A DNA stretch of 64,000 nucleotides from Microcoleus sp. (GCA_042408215.1 JAYFMW010000006.1:832001-896000), one strand, 5' to 3'; positions 19,669-30,114 are shown, counted from the stretch's first letter. Notes: generated from the letters alone by a model not told the origin. Made by a program: numbers and translations.

Positions 19669-21177
19669 ATGCTTTTTCCCCGTTCGAGCGGTATTCTACT
19701 CCACCCCACATCCTTTCCCAGTCGATTTGGCGTAGGGGACATGGGAATAGAAGCATATCGGTTTATTGACTTTTTAGTAGAGAGCGACCAGCAATACTGG
19801 CAGATCTTGCCGCTGGGCCCGACAGGATACGGCAATTCTCCTTATTCGTGCTATTCAGCAATGGCAGGAAATCCGCTGCTGATTAGCCCAGAACTGCTGC
19901 GGGACGAGCAATTGCTCGCAGATGAAGACTTGGCTAATTTGCCAGAATTTCCCCTCGATACTGTAGAGTTCGAGCGGGCGATCGCGCTCAAATTTCCCTT
20001 GCTCAAAAAAGCCTGCGAAAACTTCAAGGCCAAAGCATCGCCGATCCAGCAAAAAGAATTCTCAGCTTTTTGCAACAGCAAACACACTTGGCTGGAAGAT
20101 TATGCCTTATTTATGGCACTAAAAGACTGCTTTGGTGGTGTTAGCTGGAACAATTGGGAACCAGATATTGCCCATCGAAAACCGGAGTCGCTAGAGAAGT
20201 GGCGGCAGCAGCTAAATGCTGAGATTTATTACTACAAATACGTCCAGTTTGAGTTTTTCCGCCAGTGGACGGAGTTGAAACGCTATGCCAACTTGCGGGA
20301 CATTAAAATTATTGGCGATATTCCGATTTATGTAGCTCACGACAGCGCGGATGTGTGGTCTCATCCAGAAACATTCTGCTTGGATGAAGAGACAGGAGAA
20401 GCAGCTTTAATGGCCGGAGTTCCTCCTGATTACTTCAGCAATACAGGTCAATTGTGGGGAAACCCAGTCTACAATTGGGAGAAGTTGGAAGCAAATAATT
20501 TCCAGTGGTGGGTGCAGCGTTTTGAAGCGATTTTCGATTATGTAGATGTGACTCGGATTGACCATTTTCGAGGATTTGATGCTTACTGGGCTGTGGAGCG
20601 CGGACAAGAAAATGCGATCGAGGGAGAGTGGATTAAAGCGCCGGGAACAGCTTTGTTTGAGGTAATTAACGAGAAGTTGGGCGACCTGCCAATTATCGCT
20701 GAGGATTTAGGGGTAATTACTCCGGAAGTAGAAGCTTTGCGCGATCGATTCGAGTTTCCGGGAATGAAGATTTTGCAGTTTGCTTTTGGCGCTGGCCCTG
20801 GCGATCCTTTTTTGCCTTTCAACTACGTTCGCAACTGCGTAGTCTACACCGGAACTCACGATAACGACACGACTATCGGGTGGTTCAATCAACTGCAACA
20901 CTACGAAAGAGATGAGGTTCTGCGTTATTTGGGCTGCATCGATCCCCAAGGGATTCACTGGTCTTTAATCCGCATGGCTTGGAGTTCTATTGCTAATTTG
21001 GCAGTTGTTCCGTTTCAAGACTTGTTGGGTTTGGGTACTGACGCGCGGATGAATTTTCCGGGGAAAGCAGAGGGAAATTGGGGATGGCGATATCGACCCG
21101 AAGCTTTGAATTGGGACGTGCGCGATCGGCTAAAAACTATCACTTATATCTGCGGGCGCACCCCCCATAAAAATTAA
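19669..21177 (+). CDS. malQ: 4-alpha-glucanotransferase (GH77)
   Basis: RSSGILLHPTS, WQILPLGP, GDIPIYV, RIDHFRGF, IAEDLG, YTGTHDN, RMNFPG..GNWGWR. Confidence 0.96.
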   Translation: MLFPRSSGILLHPTSFPSRFGVGDMGIEAYRFIDFLVESDQQYWQILPLGPTGYGNSPYSCYSAMAGNPLLISPELLRDEQLLADEDLANLPEFPLDTVEFERAIALKFPLLKKACENFKAKASPIQQKEFSAFCNSKHTWLEDYALFMALKDCFGGVSWNNWEPDIAHRKPESLEKWRQQLNAEIYYYKYVQFEFFRQWTELKRYANLRDIKIIGDIPIYVAHDSADVWSHPETFCLDEETGEAALMAGVPPDYFSNTGQLWGNPVYNWEKLEANNFQWWVQRFEAIFDYVDVTRIDHFRGFDAYWAVERGQENAIEGEWIKAPGTALFEVINEKLGDLPIIAEDLGVITPEVEALRDRFEFPGMKILQFAFGAGPGDPFLPFNYVRNCVVYTGTHDNDTTIGWFNQLQHYERDEVLRYLGCIDPQGIHWSLIRMAWSSIANLAVVPFQDLLGLGTDARMNFPGKAEGNWGWRYRPEALNWDVRDRLKTITYICGRTPHKN

Positions 21178-21178
21178 A

Positions 21179-21400
21179 AATTGGGAATTGGGAATTGGGC
21201 GAAGCGAAGCTCCGGGATGGGGCATGGGGCATGGGGCATGGGGCATTGGTAATTGACTTTCAAGTAAAAAGGTAAAACTTAAAATAACGCATTTTATCTT
21301 TTCACTTTTGCATTACCAATTACCAATTACCCATTACCAATTACCAATTACCAATTCCCCATGCCCGATGCCCGATACCCGATGCCCCATGCCCCATTAC
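21179..21400. repeat. heptamer short tandem repeats (STRR) in opposing orientation
   Basis: ATTGGGA and ATGGGGC runs facing TTACCAA and ATGCCCG runs between convergent malQ and rodZ. Confidence 0.85.
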
Positions 21401-21403
21401 CTA

Positions 21404-22282
21404 TTACCCTTCATTTTTAGGCTTTTCTGAAGGCTTAAGTTCGTCGGCTTTCAAAATAACTTTTTTGACAACTCCAGGGGCTCCAAACAATTCGGCCTGT
21501 CCGTTATTAACAGCAATCATTACCCCGCCGGCGTTGCCAGCTACAAATACCAATTCCTTTTGGGCCTGCCAAGTGCGTACAGTCCCTGAAGGTAAAAGTC
21601 CTTCAAACTCGGTTTTGCCATCGACTTGAATCTGCACCCAGGATTCGGCCTTGAATGTGACGTTAACCATCACCGGTTTATTGCCAGATTTATCTAAACT
21701 TTCATCGGCTTTTGCTGCTTCTAGGGCAGTGTAAGTATCCACCTTCTGATTTTTGGTGGCGTTCAAGGACTTGGCAACTAAACGGGCTCGTTCTTGCTCC
21801 TGCAGGGCGGGGTCTGGCGCACTTGTAACATTCTTTGTTGTCAGAGAACTTCCCATCAACTGAGACAGGCTATTCACAGAAAAGATAATTAGAAATGTGT
21901 AAAACAGGTACAGGTGCATCGGCCGTAACTGGGGCAAATCCTGCCAGGAAACCTTGGTTAGCGATCGAGGTGCTGGTTCGATCGGGAAAAAGTCGGCGAA
22001 CTGAGCGCCGTCGATCCCCATCGCCTCGGCGTAGCGCTTGATCAAACCCTGAGTGTAGACGGGTTCGGGCAGTTGGTCGAGTTGACCCTCTTCGATCGCT
22101 TGCAGCAGATGACACCGAATCCTGGTCACCAGAGCTACTTGTTCCAAGCTAATCGACTGCTGTTCGCGACGTTGGCGGAGTTTAACCCCGATTTCTGCTA
22201 GCTTTTCGGCGCGTTCTGCCTCTTGGGAGTGCAACTTTTTCTTAGTGGTTTTGAAGAATAAAAAAAATAAATTCTTTGTCAT
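21404..22282 (-). CDS. rodZ: RodZ-like cytoskeleton protein (HTH, TM, DUF4115)
   Basis: IGVKLRQRRE...LQAIEEG...LPEPVYTQGLIKRYA, TM segment, SWVQIQVDG, GNAGGV; start MTKN overlaps the upstream stop (ATGA). Confidence 0.85.
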   Translation of the reverse strand: MTKNLFFLFFKTTKKKLHSQEAERAEKLAEIGVKLRQRREQQSISLEQVALVTRIRCHLLQAIEEGQLDQLPEPVYTQGLIKRYAEAMGIDGAQFADFFPIEPAPRSLTKVSWQDLPQLRPMHLYLFYTFLIIFSVNSLSQLMGSSLTTKNVTSAPDPALQEQERARLVAKSLNATKNQKVDTYTALEAAKADESLDKSGNKPVMVNVTFKAESWVQIQVDGKTEFEGLLPSGTVRTWQAQKELVFVAGNAGGVMIAVNNGQAELFGAPGVVKKVILKADELKPSEKPKNEG

Positions 22283-23070
22283 ATGCTGTGCTCTTTGACG
22301 TTTACCGGCACATTGATTGATGTTAGGTTGACTAGACTCCATAAAAAAATAATTTCCGAATTTGTAAGGGAGCGGCAGCAGCCCACTGCTAATATTGGCT
22401 CTGACGGCGGCTGCAATTGAATCGAGCCTATGGCTGTGCGGTGCAGGTGCACCACTGGATATCCCAACTGCTCGGCGGTTCGGCGAATCTGTCGGTTTCT
22501 CCCTTCGGAGAGAATGACTTCCAACATGGTTTGGTCGCGGATGCGATCGAGCACTCGAACTTGAGCTGGCATAGTCTTTCTGCCGGACAAGATGATACCC
22601 TGACGCCATGCTTGCAATACTGATTCAGGAGGATGCCCCTGCACCCAAACTTGATAAGTTTTCGATACCGAGTGGCGCGGATGGGTCAAACAAAATGTCA
22701 GCTTACCATCATTGGTGAGCAGCAGTGCGCCCGTAGAATCTGCATCTAAGCGTCCTACTGGGTGGATGCCTTGACCAGAGCGCAGTTGGGGCGGCAGCAG
22801 GTCAAGAACTTTCGATCGATCCCTCGGATCGCTGCAAGTGGAAACTACCCCTGCGGGTTTGTTGAGCAGCAGATAGACTAACTGCGGACGTTCTGTTGCG
22901 GTGACGGGGACTCCATCGACTTCGATGCGATCGCGATCGGGATTCGCTTTTTGTCCTAACTGAACAATATTGCCATTGAGTCGCACTCGTCCAGCTAGAA
23001 TCATCTGTTCAGCTTGACGGCGAGAAGCAATCCCCCACTGGGCGAGGATTTTTTGCAGCCTTTCATCCAT
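22279..23070 (-). CDS. rRNA pseudouridine synthase (RsuA/RluB family)
   Basis: S4 domain ERLQKILA..GIASRR, LNKPAG, catalytic PVGRLD, EGRNRQIRR. Confidence 0.93.
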   Translation of the reverse strand: MDERLQKILAQWGIASRRQAEQMILAGRVRLNGNIVQLGQKANPDRDRIEVDGVPVTATERPQLVYLLLNKPAGVVSTCSDPRDRSKVLDLLPPQLRSGQGIHPVGRLDADSTGALLLTNDGKLTFCLTHPRHSVSKTYQVWVQGHPPESVLQAWRQGIILSGRKTMPAQVRVLDRIRDQTMLEVILSEGRNRQIRRTAEQLGYPVVHLHRTAIGSIQLQPPSEPILAVGCCRSLTNSEIIFLWSLVNLTSINVPVNVKEHSI

Positions 23071-23160
23071 AAGGCATCTTTGCTTCGTAAAGTTGTCGGT
23101 TCGATTGCAGCGCTGCTAAATCTTGACAGGATTTAGCAGGGCTATAGGTACAAATATTAC

Positions 23161-23671
23161 CACAAAATTGGGTGGAGCGTAGCGGAGGTCTAAAGCCCCG
23201 TCCTTATAGGACGGCTTTAATTAAGGGTCTACCTGATAAGCATTCAAGCATTTAATATCTATTTTTCAAATTTCCTTGCATTCTCTTTAAAATAGAGTAG
23301 AATAATAATTCTGCCACAGGTAGAATAACCGCCGATACACATGAGACACTAAGCTCAAACGACGGGTCGGAAAACAATAATGGTTAGTGGGTGGCGAAAA
23401 CCACGAAAAACATAGCTAGGCTGACTAATGTCAGCCCAAATCAGAAAAGTAAATTTTGGGAAGTTAAAACGTACCGTAGGGCATCCGGTAACATGAGAAG
23501 TAATTCTCGAACGCTTGGGGAGATCAAACCCTCTGGGACTAACTAAATTAGGCTCGATCTTTGGTTCCTTTGAACGGATATTTGGTTTAAGTATTGCCGC
23601 AAGGATAGCTAGTTTTAAGGTGTGTCGCTAGAACCAAGAATCCCCACGCCTTGATAGCTGGGGAGTGTCAA
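23161..23671 (+). mobile_element. non-autonomous IS200/IS605 mini-element carrying an omega-RNA-like scaffold
   Basis: TTAC| upstream, AAAG plus left hairpin CCGTCC-TTAT-AGGACGG; GTACCGTAGGGCA...AACGCTTGGGGAGA...GAACCAAGAATCCCC..GGGGAGTGTCAA right end; no ORF. Confidence 0.85.
23276..23303 (+). promoter_or_regulatory. putative sigma70-type promoter inside the mini-element
   Basis: TTGCAT-N16-TAGAAT pointing toward the omega-RNA scaffold. Confidence 0.5.
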
Positions 23672-23938
23672 AGGAAGAGTTTGAGTTCGGATGTTTCAGT
23701 TTTCCGTCATAGTCTGGAAACTGGCGATCGGGTTTTCCAGAGCCGGCGAGGTAAAGTTATATTTCCGTGTTTGAATATTAAGGTTAATTCACTCTTCTCA
23801 AATTGTTTATGGCTGTCGATCGCAACTCTCGTGAATTCCATAACGGCTCTGCCGGTGTCTGTCAACTAGAAACTACCAGTCTCGATCGAGGAGTCGCAGA
23901 TACCGCCCTGGGGTCAAGGTAGCCGGATCGCGAGTGCG

Positions 23939-24601
23939 GTGCTGTCTCCGGCGGTGCAGTTGTGGCTACGATCGCAAGTTCAGCAGGTGTCCGAGTTGAG
24001 GGTGAAAATTGAGGGGAGCGATCGACAAATCTTCAGTGGAGCAATCCCCAAAGTAACGGCTGCTGCTCGCGGTGCAGTGTATCGAGGAATGCACCTGACA
24101 TCCGTCGCCCTAGAGGGTGCTGGCATTCGCGTTAACCTCGGTCAAGTTATCAAGGGCAAACCACTCCGCCTCTTAGAATCCTTTCCCGTATTCGGCGTTT
24201 TACGGCTGATTCAAGCCGATCTAAATGCGTCGCTGAAAGCACCTTTGCTTGCGGATGCTTTGAGCGAATTTTTGCTGCCTCTTTTGCCATTGACCGATCG
24301 GGAACAGCCCCTAAAATTGGAAAATTCACAAATCGCAATTGACGCAGGTTTATTGACACTTTCGGCTGTAATTTTGCGCGCTGGCGGTATGCAAATACCT
24401 TTTGTATTGCGGACTGGTTTGCGGATGGCTAGCAGTCACGAATTGATGTTTGAAAATCCAGAAATAGAGTTGTCACAAGAATTAAATAGGAATATTTTAA
24501 AGAGTTTTAAAATTGATTTCGGGCCAGAAGTCGAGATTGAGGAATTAACTTTGAATCCGGGGGAAATAGTTTGTCGGGGCGGAATTAGAGTTTTGCCTTA
24601 G
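23939..24601 (+). CDS. DUF2993 (LmeA-like phospholipid-binding) protein
   Basis: LSPAVQLWLRSQV, GSDRQIFSG.IP, AVYRG, KGKPLRLLE, DLNASL; start uncertain. Confidence 0.75.
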   Translation: MLSPAVQLWLRSQVQQVSELRVKIEGSDRQIFSGAIPKVTAAARGAVYRGMHLTSVALEGAGIRVNLGQVIKGKPLRLLESFPVFGVLRLIQADLNASLKAPLLADALSEFLLPLLPLTDREQPLKLENSQIAIDAGLLTLSAVILRAGGMQIPFVLRTGLRMASSHELMFENPEIELSQELNRNILKSFKIDFGPEVEIEELTLNPGEIVCRGGIRVLP

Positions 24602-25156
24602 TTAGTTAACTGTGGGCTGTGGGCTGTTGACGGTTGGCTGTTGACTGTGGGCTGTTGACTGTTGACTGTTGACTGTGGGCTGTTGACTGTGGGCTGTTGA
24701 CTGTTGACGGTTGGCTGTTGACGGTTGACGGTTGACGGTTGACTGTTGACTGTTTTCATTCCCAAAGCCCAAGGCCCAAGGCCAAGGCCCAATGACCAAT
24801 TACCAATGACCAATTACCAATGACCAATGACCAATTACCAATGACCAATGCCCAATGACCAATTACCAATGACCAATTACCAATGACCAATGACCAATGA
24901 CCAATGACCAATGACCAATGACCAATGACCAATGACCAATGACCAATTACCAATGACCAATTACCAATGACCAATTACCAATGACCAATGCCCAATAACC
25001 AATAACCAATAACCAATTCCCAATAACCAATTCCCAATGACCAATTACCAATGACCAATTACCAATGACCAATGCCCAATAACCAATAACCAATAACCAA
25101 TGCCCAATAACCAATGCCCAATTCCCAATTCCCAATTCCCAATTCCCAATTCCCAA
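24602..25156. repeat. 555-bp array of heptamer STRRs (CTGTTGA, ACCAATG/T, CCCAATT)
   Basis: fills the whole gap between two convergent stop codons. Confidence 0.92.
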
Positions 25157-26074
25157 TTACCGATTGATTAGATAAGAGTCGATCGCGGGCAAGAGTAAAG
25201 TCACAAAATAGTAGACTAACGGGGCGGTAAAAACATAACTGTCCGTGCGATCGAGAATGCCACCGTGACCGGGGATCAACTGCCCCGAATCCTTAACACC
25301 AGCGTCTCGCTTCATCATCGACTCAGTTAAATCGCCTAACAAACTAGCAACGCCAATCAACAGACCAAAAGCAGCCCCAGTATAGGGCCACCCCGGCCAA
25401 TTCAAATACCAAGACCCGGCTGCTCCCACTGCTATGCTGCCACAAACCCCAAATACCGCACCTTCAACGGTCTTTTTGGGGCTGATGTGGGAAAGGCTAG
25501 TGCGGCCGAAGAATTTGCCGACAAAATAAGCCCCAATGTCGGCGGCCCAGATACAGAAAAAGGCTAGCAGTAGCGAAGTCAATCCCAAAGATATATGATT
25601 GAGGTTTGCCCAAGACAGCGGCGGGTAAATGTGCATCGGCGAATTGCTTGCCACTGCTTGTCCCAATCCGGTTGTGGCTTGATAAACTGGGTCAAGTCCG
25701 ACTCGCAGCCGTATCCAATAGCTGGGCAAATAACCGCCGTAGAATAATCCTAAAATAGAAGCGGCAATATCGGCGATCGTCGATAACTTAGGCTGGAACA
25801 GCAGGTAGAAACAGATGAAGGTTCCCGCTAGGGGAAACATCGCATCTACGAGTTGTGGTGCAAGGGCGGCGGTAATTAGCAGAACTTGACTGACAACTAA
25901 GGTAGTTTTGGCAGCAGGTGCAATCCCCTTAGCACGGGCTAGTTGAAAATATTCTAATTGGCCTAGGTAGACGATGATCCCGAAGCCGATGGTGAAGTAC
26001 CATCCTCCTAAAATAATCATTCCCAAAGCAAGGACGATCGCAACTATTCCACTCAGGATACGAGACCAAGGCAT
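25157..26074 (-). CDS. cdsA: phosphatidate cytidylyltransferase
   Basis: [52 protein letters not shown]; probable start MPWSRI. Confidence 0.95.
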   Translation of the reverse strand: MPWSRILSGIVAIVLALGMIILGGWYFTIGFGIIVYLGQLEYFQLARAKGIAPAAKTTLVVSQVLLITAALAPQLVDAMFPLAGTFICFYLLFQPKLSTIADIAASILGLFYGGYLPSYWIRLRVGLDPVYQATTGLGQAVASNSPMHIYPPLSWANLNHISLGLTSLLLAFFCIWAADIGAYFVGKFFGRTSLSHISPKKTVEGAVFGVCGSIAVGAAGSWYLNWPGWPYTGAAFGLLIGVASLLGDLTESMMKRDAGVKDSGQLIPGHGGILDRTDSYVFTAPLVYYFVTLLLPAIDSYLINR

Positions 26075-26448
26075 AAAATGAATTTCTCTTGCAGACGGCG
26101 GCGGGTTATTCGATTTTGGATTTGGGATTTTAGATTTGGGATTTTTGTAGGGCACGGGTTCTTCCCCCATCGGTCATCCAAATATCTCAAGTCAGGCGGT
26201 CAATCCAGCTATGGTTGCCCTTACTCTTAGTATGAAGGTTAACGGGACTTAAAAAAGGTTAAGAATTACATTTAGTCATTAGTCATTAGTCATTAGTCAT
26301 TAGTCATTAGTTATTGGTGATTAGCTAGAGGCCGGGAAGCCCCACGCCATAAGCTGTAAACCCTCTCGATTCTATCAAGGCTACAGAAAGCCGTCGCATT
26401 TATGCCTAGGGTTGTTTACCCTGATGACTAATGACTGCTGACTACTGA

Positions 26449-27042
26449 CTAATCTATCTTTTCGCCGCTGAGAATAAATATGGGATTGACGGCGGCAAAG
26501 GTTTGACTGAGGCCGCGAGTCTCTAAGCGGTTGACGGCGGACTGGACTACTTCGATGTTGCGGACTTGCAATTCGGCGAACCCTTCGGAAAGGGCGTAAA
26601 GATTCTCTAAATTGCCTGCTGTGGCCACAACTCGACCGTGGGGTTGCAAGTACCCCCAGACTTCTTGGAGAATGGCTTTAATGGGGCGACCTCCTTCGAT
26701 GCAAACTCGGTGTGGGGGTTTTGACAGATTTTTGAGGCATTCCGGGGCGCTACCTTCTATGACTTCTACGTTGTTGAGATCGAAGCGATCGCAATTTCTG
26801 CGAATCAAGTTTGCTACCTCTTCGTCCCTTTCTATGGCGATAACTCGACCTTTGGGACACAGCAAACCTGTTTCTACGGCGATCGTACCAGTACCTGCGC
26901 CAATGTCCCACACCACTGAGTCTGCTTGCAGCCGCAGGTGAGAAATTAACAGCAGTCGGACTTCTCGTTTACTCATGGGAATACCCGGTAAACGTTCAAA
27001 TAAATCGTCTGGGATACCAGGAGTGACGTAGGGCCAAAGCAT
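26449..27042 (-). CDS. cbiT: precorrin-6B/cobalt-precorrin-6B C15-methyltransferase (decarboxylating)
   Basis: PGIPDDLF, PMSKREVR, SAM motif WDIGAGTG, GSAPECL, NPIFI. Confidence 0.93.
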   Translation of the reverse strand: MLWPYVTPGIPDDLFERLPGIPMSKREVRLLLISHLRLQADSVVWDIGAGTGTIAVETGLLCPKGRVIAIERDEEVANLIRRNCDRFDLNNVEVIEGSAPECLKNLSKPPHRVCIEGGRPIKAILQEVWGYLQPHGRVVATAGNLENLYALSEGFAELQVRNIEVVQSAVNRLETRGLSQTFAAVNPIFILSGEKID

Positions 27043-27178
27043 AGTTTTATTTTAAATTGAACGAAGAAGGAAGAGGGCAGAAGAAGGAAGAGGGAAGAGG
27101 GAAGAAGGAAGAGGGAAGAAGGAAGAAGGAAGAATTTCTTCCTATGCCTTGACTTTTTCCTATTTCTTTCCTTCATAT

Positions 27179-28705
27179 CTACTGTCGCACAACCTTGAGA
27201 GTTTGGATGTTGGGATCGCTACAACCTGTGATTTTTCCGCCGGCGGCCTGGATTTGTTGCAGGTATTCAAGGGCTTTTGAGGTAATGACTTCACCAGGCA
27301 TTAGGACTGGTATTCCTGGGGGGTAAGGACAGATGAGTTCGGCACTGAGGCGATCGACTGCTTTGTCTGCTGCTACTGTTTCCGTTGGGGAAAAGAAGGC
27401 ATCCCGGGGGGAGATTGGGGAGAGTGGGGGAGTGGGGGAAGGGGAGTGGGGGAGGGAAGGATGGGAAAAATCTTCTTTCTTGCTTTTTGCTTTTTCCTTA
27501 AACATCCATCCATTAAATCCGTTAAATCCGCTACACAATCCGTTGCCGAACTCCCTTCCTGCTAAAAAAGTAAAACCTTTAACTAGATTTTCAATATCTG
27601 ATTCTGTATTTCCCAAGCTGATAATAAATGTTAGATGTTGCGGCATTGGCAATTCTGCGGTGACACCGAATTGAGAGTGCAGAATTTCATCTGCTGCAAA
27701 TCCTGTGATTCCTAAATCTGATACTTTTACTGTTACCCTGGTTTGGTCTAACTCGGCAAAACCCGGTGTATTTAATGGTTCTAAAACTGATAAACCCGGA
27801 ATTTGAGATATGCCCGATCGCGCTTTTTCTGCTAGCTGTAAAGTTTGCGCCATTAACTCTTTGCCGTGGAGTGCGATTTGTTGGCGGGCGGCGTCTAGGG
27901 ATGCTAATAGTATATAACTCGGACTGGTGGATTGTACTAGCTGTAATGCTCTATTTAGTTTTTGGCTATCTACCCTAGAACCCTTAAGGTGTAGCATCGA
28001 TGCTTGTGTCATTGCACCGAGGGTTTTATGGATTGATTGTACTGTTAAATCGGCACCGGCTGAGAGTGCTGGTTCTGGCAAGTTTGGATGAAAGTTAAAG
28101 TGCGCGCCGTGGGCTTCATCTACTAATAATGGTATGTTGTATTGATGGGTAATTTTGGCGATCGCCCGCAAATCTCCACAAACCCCGTGATAAGTTGGGT
28201 AAACCACCATGACTGCTTTCGCATCGGGATGTTGTTTTAATGCTGCTGCTGTGGATGCGGCTGTGATGCAGTTGGCAATATCCCAATCCGAGTTGTACTC
28301 TGGATTGACAAAAATTGGAATTGCGCCGGATAAAATCAAACCAGAAATTGCCGATTGATGGATATTTCGAGGTAGGATAATTTTATCTCCAGGCCCGCAA
28401 GTCGCGACAATTGCCGCGATGATTCCGCAAGTCGAACCGTTGGCTAAAAACCGAGTATATTCGGCTCCAAATGCCTCAGCAGCTAGATTTTGAGCTTCTG
28501 CAATTACGCCCTCTGGATTAAAGAGATTATCTAATTCTGGTAATTCTGGCAGGTCCGATCGAAATACTGCGGCCCCCAACAAGTCAACCAGCGGCCCAGA
28601 TATTCCTTGGCCGCCTTTGTGTCCGGGGGCGTAAAATGGGGAGTGAGGGTGATTTGTGCGATCGCGCAAAGCATCTAATAAAGGCGTGTTTGTTTGAGAG
28701 TTCAT
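27179..28705 (-). CDS. Orn/Lys/Arg decarboxylase, class I PLP-dependent
   Basis: PGHKGG, NGST, LPRNIH, VDEAHGAH, PLP lysine QSIHKT, YPPGIPVLMPGE. Confidence 0.9.
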   Translation of the reverse strand: MNSQTNTPLLDALRDRTNHPHSPFYAPGHKGGQGISGPLVDLLGAAVFRSDLPELPELDNLFNPEGVIAEAQNLAAEAFGAEYTRFLANGSTCGIIAAIVATCGPGDKIILPRNIHQSAISGLILSGAIPIFVNPEYNSDWDIANCITAASTAAALKQHPDAKAVMVVYPTYHGVCGDLRAIAKITHQYNIPLLVDEAHGAHFNFHPNLPEPALSAGADLTVQSIHKTLGAMTQASMLHLKGSRVDSQKLNRALQLVQSTSPSYILLASLDAARQQIALHGKELMAQTLQLAEKARSGISQIPGLSVLEPLNTPGFAELDQTRVTVKVSDLGITGFAADEILHSQFGVTAELPMPQHLTFIISLGNTESDIENLVKGFTFLAGREFGNGLCSGFNGFNGWMFKEKAKSKKEDFSHPSLPHSPSPTPPLSPISPRDAFFSPTETVAADKAVDRLSAELICPYPPGIPVLMPGEVITSKALEYLQQIQAAGGKITGCSDPNIQTLKVVRQ

Positions 28706-28842
28706 CGCTGATTCGCTTCATCCTGATTGGATTATTTTATTCCTGGACGCATAGGGGCTCAGAAACCGGGTTTTTATCGAATCTACGGGCTGCAACAAGT
28801 ATTTTCGCAAAAACCAGGTTTCGAGGTGTCAAAGTGCGTCCA

Positions 28843-30114
28843 TTAAGCTAATACAGGCTTCCCAGTCAATATAACTTGTTCGATAATATCAGCAGCTTTC
28901 TTGACTCCGCCCGATCGCACAATTGCCTCTTGCATCTCGATCGCCCTTTGTTTATACGACTCTTGGGTGAGCACTTTCACAATTGCCGATCGCAATTTAG
29001 TCACACTCAATTCCTTCAAAGCAACCACTTCACCCACACCCGTATAAGCAATGCGCGCCGCCACTCCCGGCCCATCATTCATCACAGGAATTGCCACCAT
29101 TGGGACTCCATTGCTCAAAGATTCCAAAGTTGTATTCATCCCGGCGTGAGTAATCGTGAGAGTGGCTTTTTGCAGCAGTTCTAATTGCGGTGCATAGCCA
29201 ACAACGAGCGGATTTCCGGGCAAGGGCGGCAAGGATTCGGGAGTCGCACCTGCGCCGAGAGATATTACCAATTGGGCATCTAATCCTTCACAAGCGGAGG
29301 CGATCGTTTGAAAAAATTCCGGCAAGCGATTTATAATTGTTCCCATTGAGGCATAAATCAATGGTTTGTCAGTTAATTGTTCAAATGGAAAAGGCACTGG
29401 TTTGCGAGTAGCTGGATTGTGATAAGGGCCCGTGAAATGGAAATGTGGGGGTAGTTTTTGCCTGGGAAACTCGAATTTAGCCGGCTGCTGGCTGATTTGA
29501 GCCAGTTTAGAGTAATAATCATTCCGGTTAGAGTACAGAGGTAATTTCCATTGGCGGCGAGATTCGGCGATCGTCTCTCGAATCGGCTTGGTAAGCAAAT
29601 TGAGTAACTGATAGCCGATTTGGTTGCGTAAGCGCCCTTTCCAAGTTGGACTATATTGCCAAGTAGTAACAATAGGCGGAATGTTTGGTTCTCGATTTAA
29701 GAGCAACGCACTGCAAACTGTGATAAAAGGAATGTTTAGAAATTCTGCAATTGTTCCTCCTTCAAGTGAAATTTGGTCTACGAGTAGAGCTTCTATACTA
29801 GCTTTTTTAATAGCGGTTGGCGCGTCTCTGAGAATAGCAGCTAATCTTTTATGACCTGCTTTAAGACTATATTGCAAGGCAGCCAGTCCGCTGAGTTTTC
29901 CTCGTTGGGTAAACTCTTCTGCGTTTGAGCCAACGGGAAATTCATCTTCAGCGAATGGCTGGAATTCTAATCCGCTGGCTAAGGTGGTGACTTGAGCATC
30001 GAGGAAGCCCAATACTGTAACTCGATGGCCTCGGCGAAGCAGTTCGCGGCCTAAAGGTATCATGGTGTTGAGGTGGCCGGTGCCGGCTGGACAAATAATG
30101 CCGAAGTGTGTCAT
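28843..30114 (-). CDS. GT1 glycosyltransferase, MGT/CrtX-like
   Basis: GHLN, YASMGT, APQLELL..A.LTITHAGMNTTLESL..GVPMVAIP. Confidence 0.88.
   Translation of the reverse strand: MTHFGIICPAGTGHLNTMIPLGRELLRRGHRVTVLGFLDAQVTTLASGLEFQPFAEDEFPVGSNAEEFTQRGKLSGLAALQYSLKAGHKRLAAILRDAPTAIKKASIEALLVDQISLEGGTIAEFLNIPFITVCSALLLNREPNIPPIVTTWQYSPTWKGRLRNQIGYQLLNLLTKPIRETIAESRRQWKLPLYSNRNDYYSKLAQISQQPAKFEFPRQKLPPHFHFTGPYHNPATRKPVPFPFEQLTDKPLIYASMGTIINRLPEFFQTIASACEGLDAQLVISLGAGATPESLPPLPGNPLVVGYAPQLELLQKATLTITHAGMNTTLESLSNGVPMVAIPVMNDGPGVAARIAYTGVGEVVALKELSVTKLRSAIVKVLTQESYKQRAIEMQEAIVRSGGVKKAADIIEQVILTGKPVLA

Noticed and set aside
22283..22609. N-terminal extension of the 401-aa RodZ ORF
   Set aside because: Overlaps the pseudouridine synthase gene on the same strand; the start at 22282 gives a normal ATGA coupling.
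24598..25156. Short ORFs such as [13 protein letters not shown]... and VNSQQPT...
   Set aside because: Artefacts of heptamer repeats that lack stop codons; the same applies to 58736-58942 and 59478-59958.
26235..26263. SphR Pho box upstream of cdsA (three TTAA repeats)
   Set aside because: Period is 10 bp rather than the expected 11 bp and the middle unit is poor.
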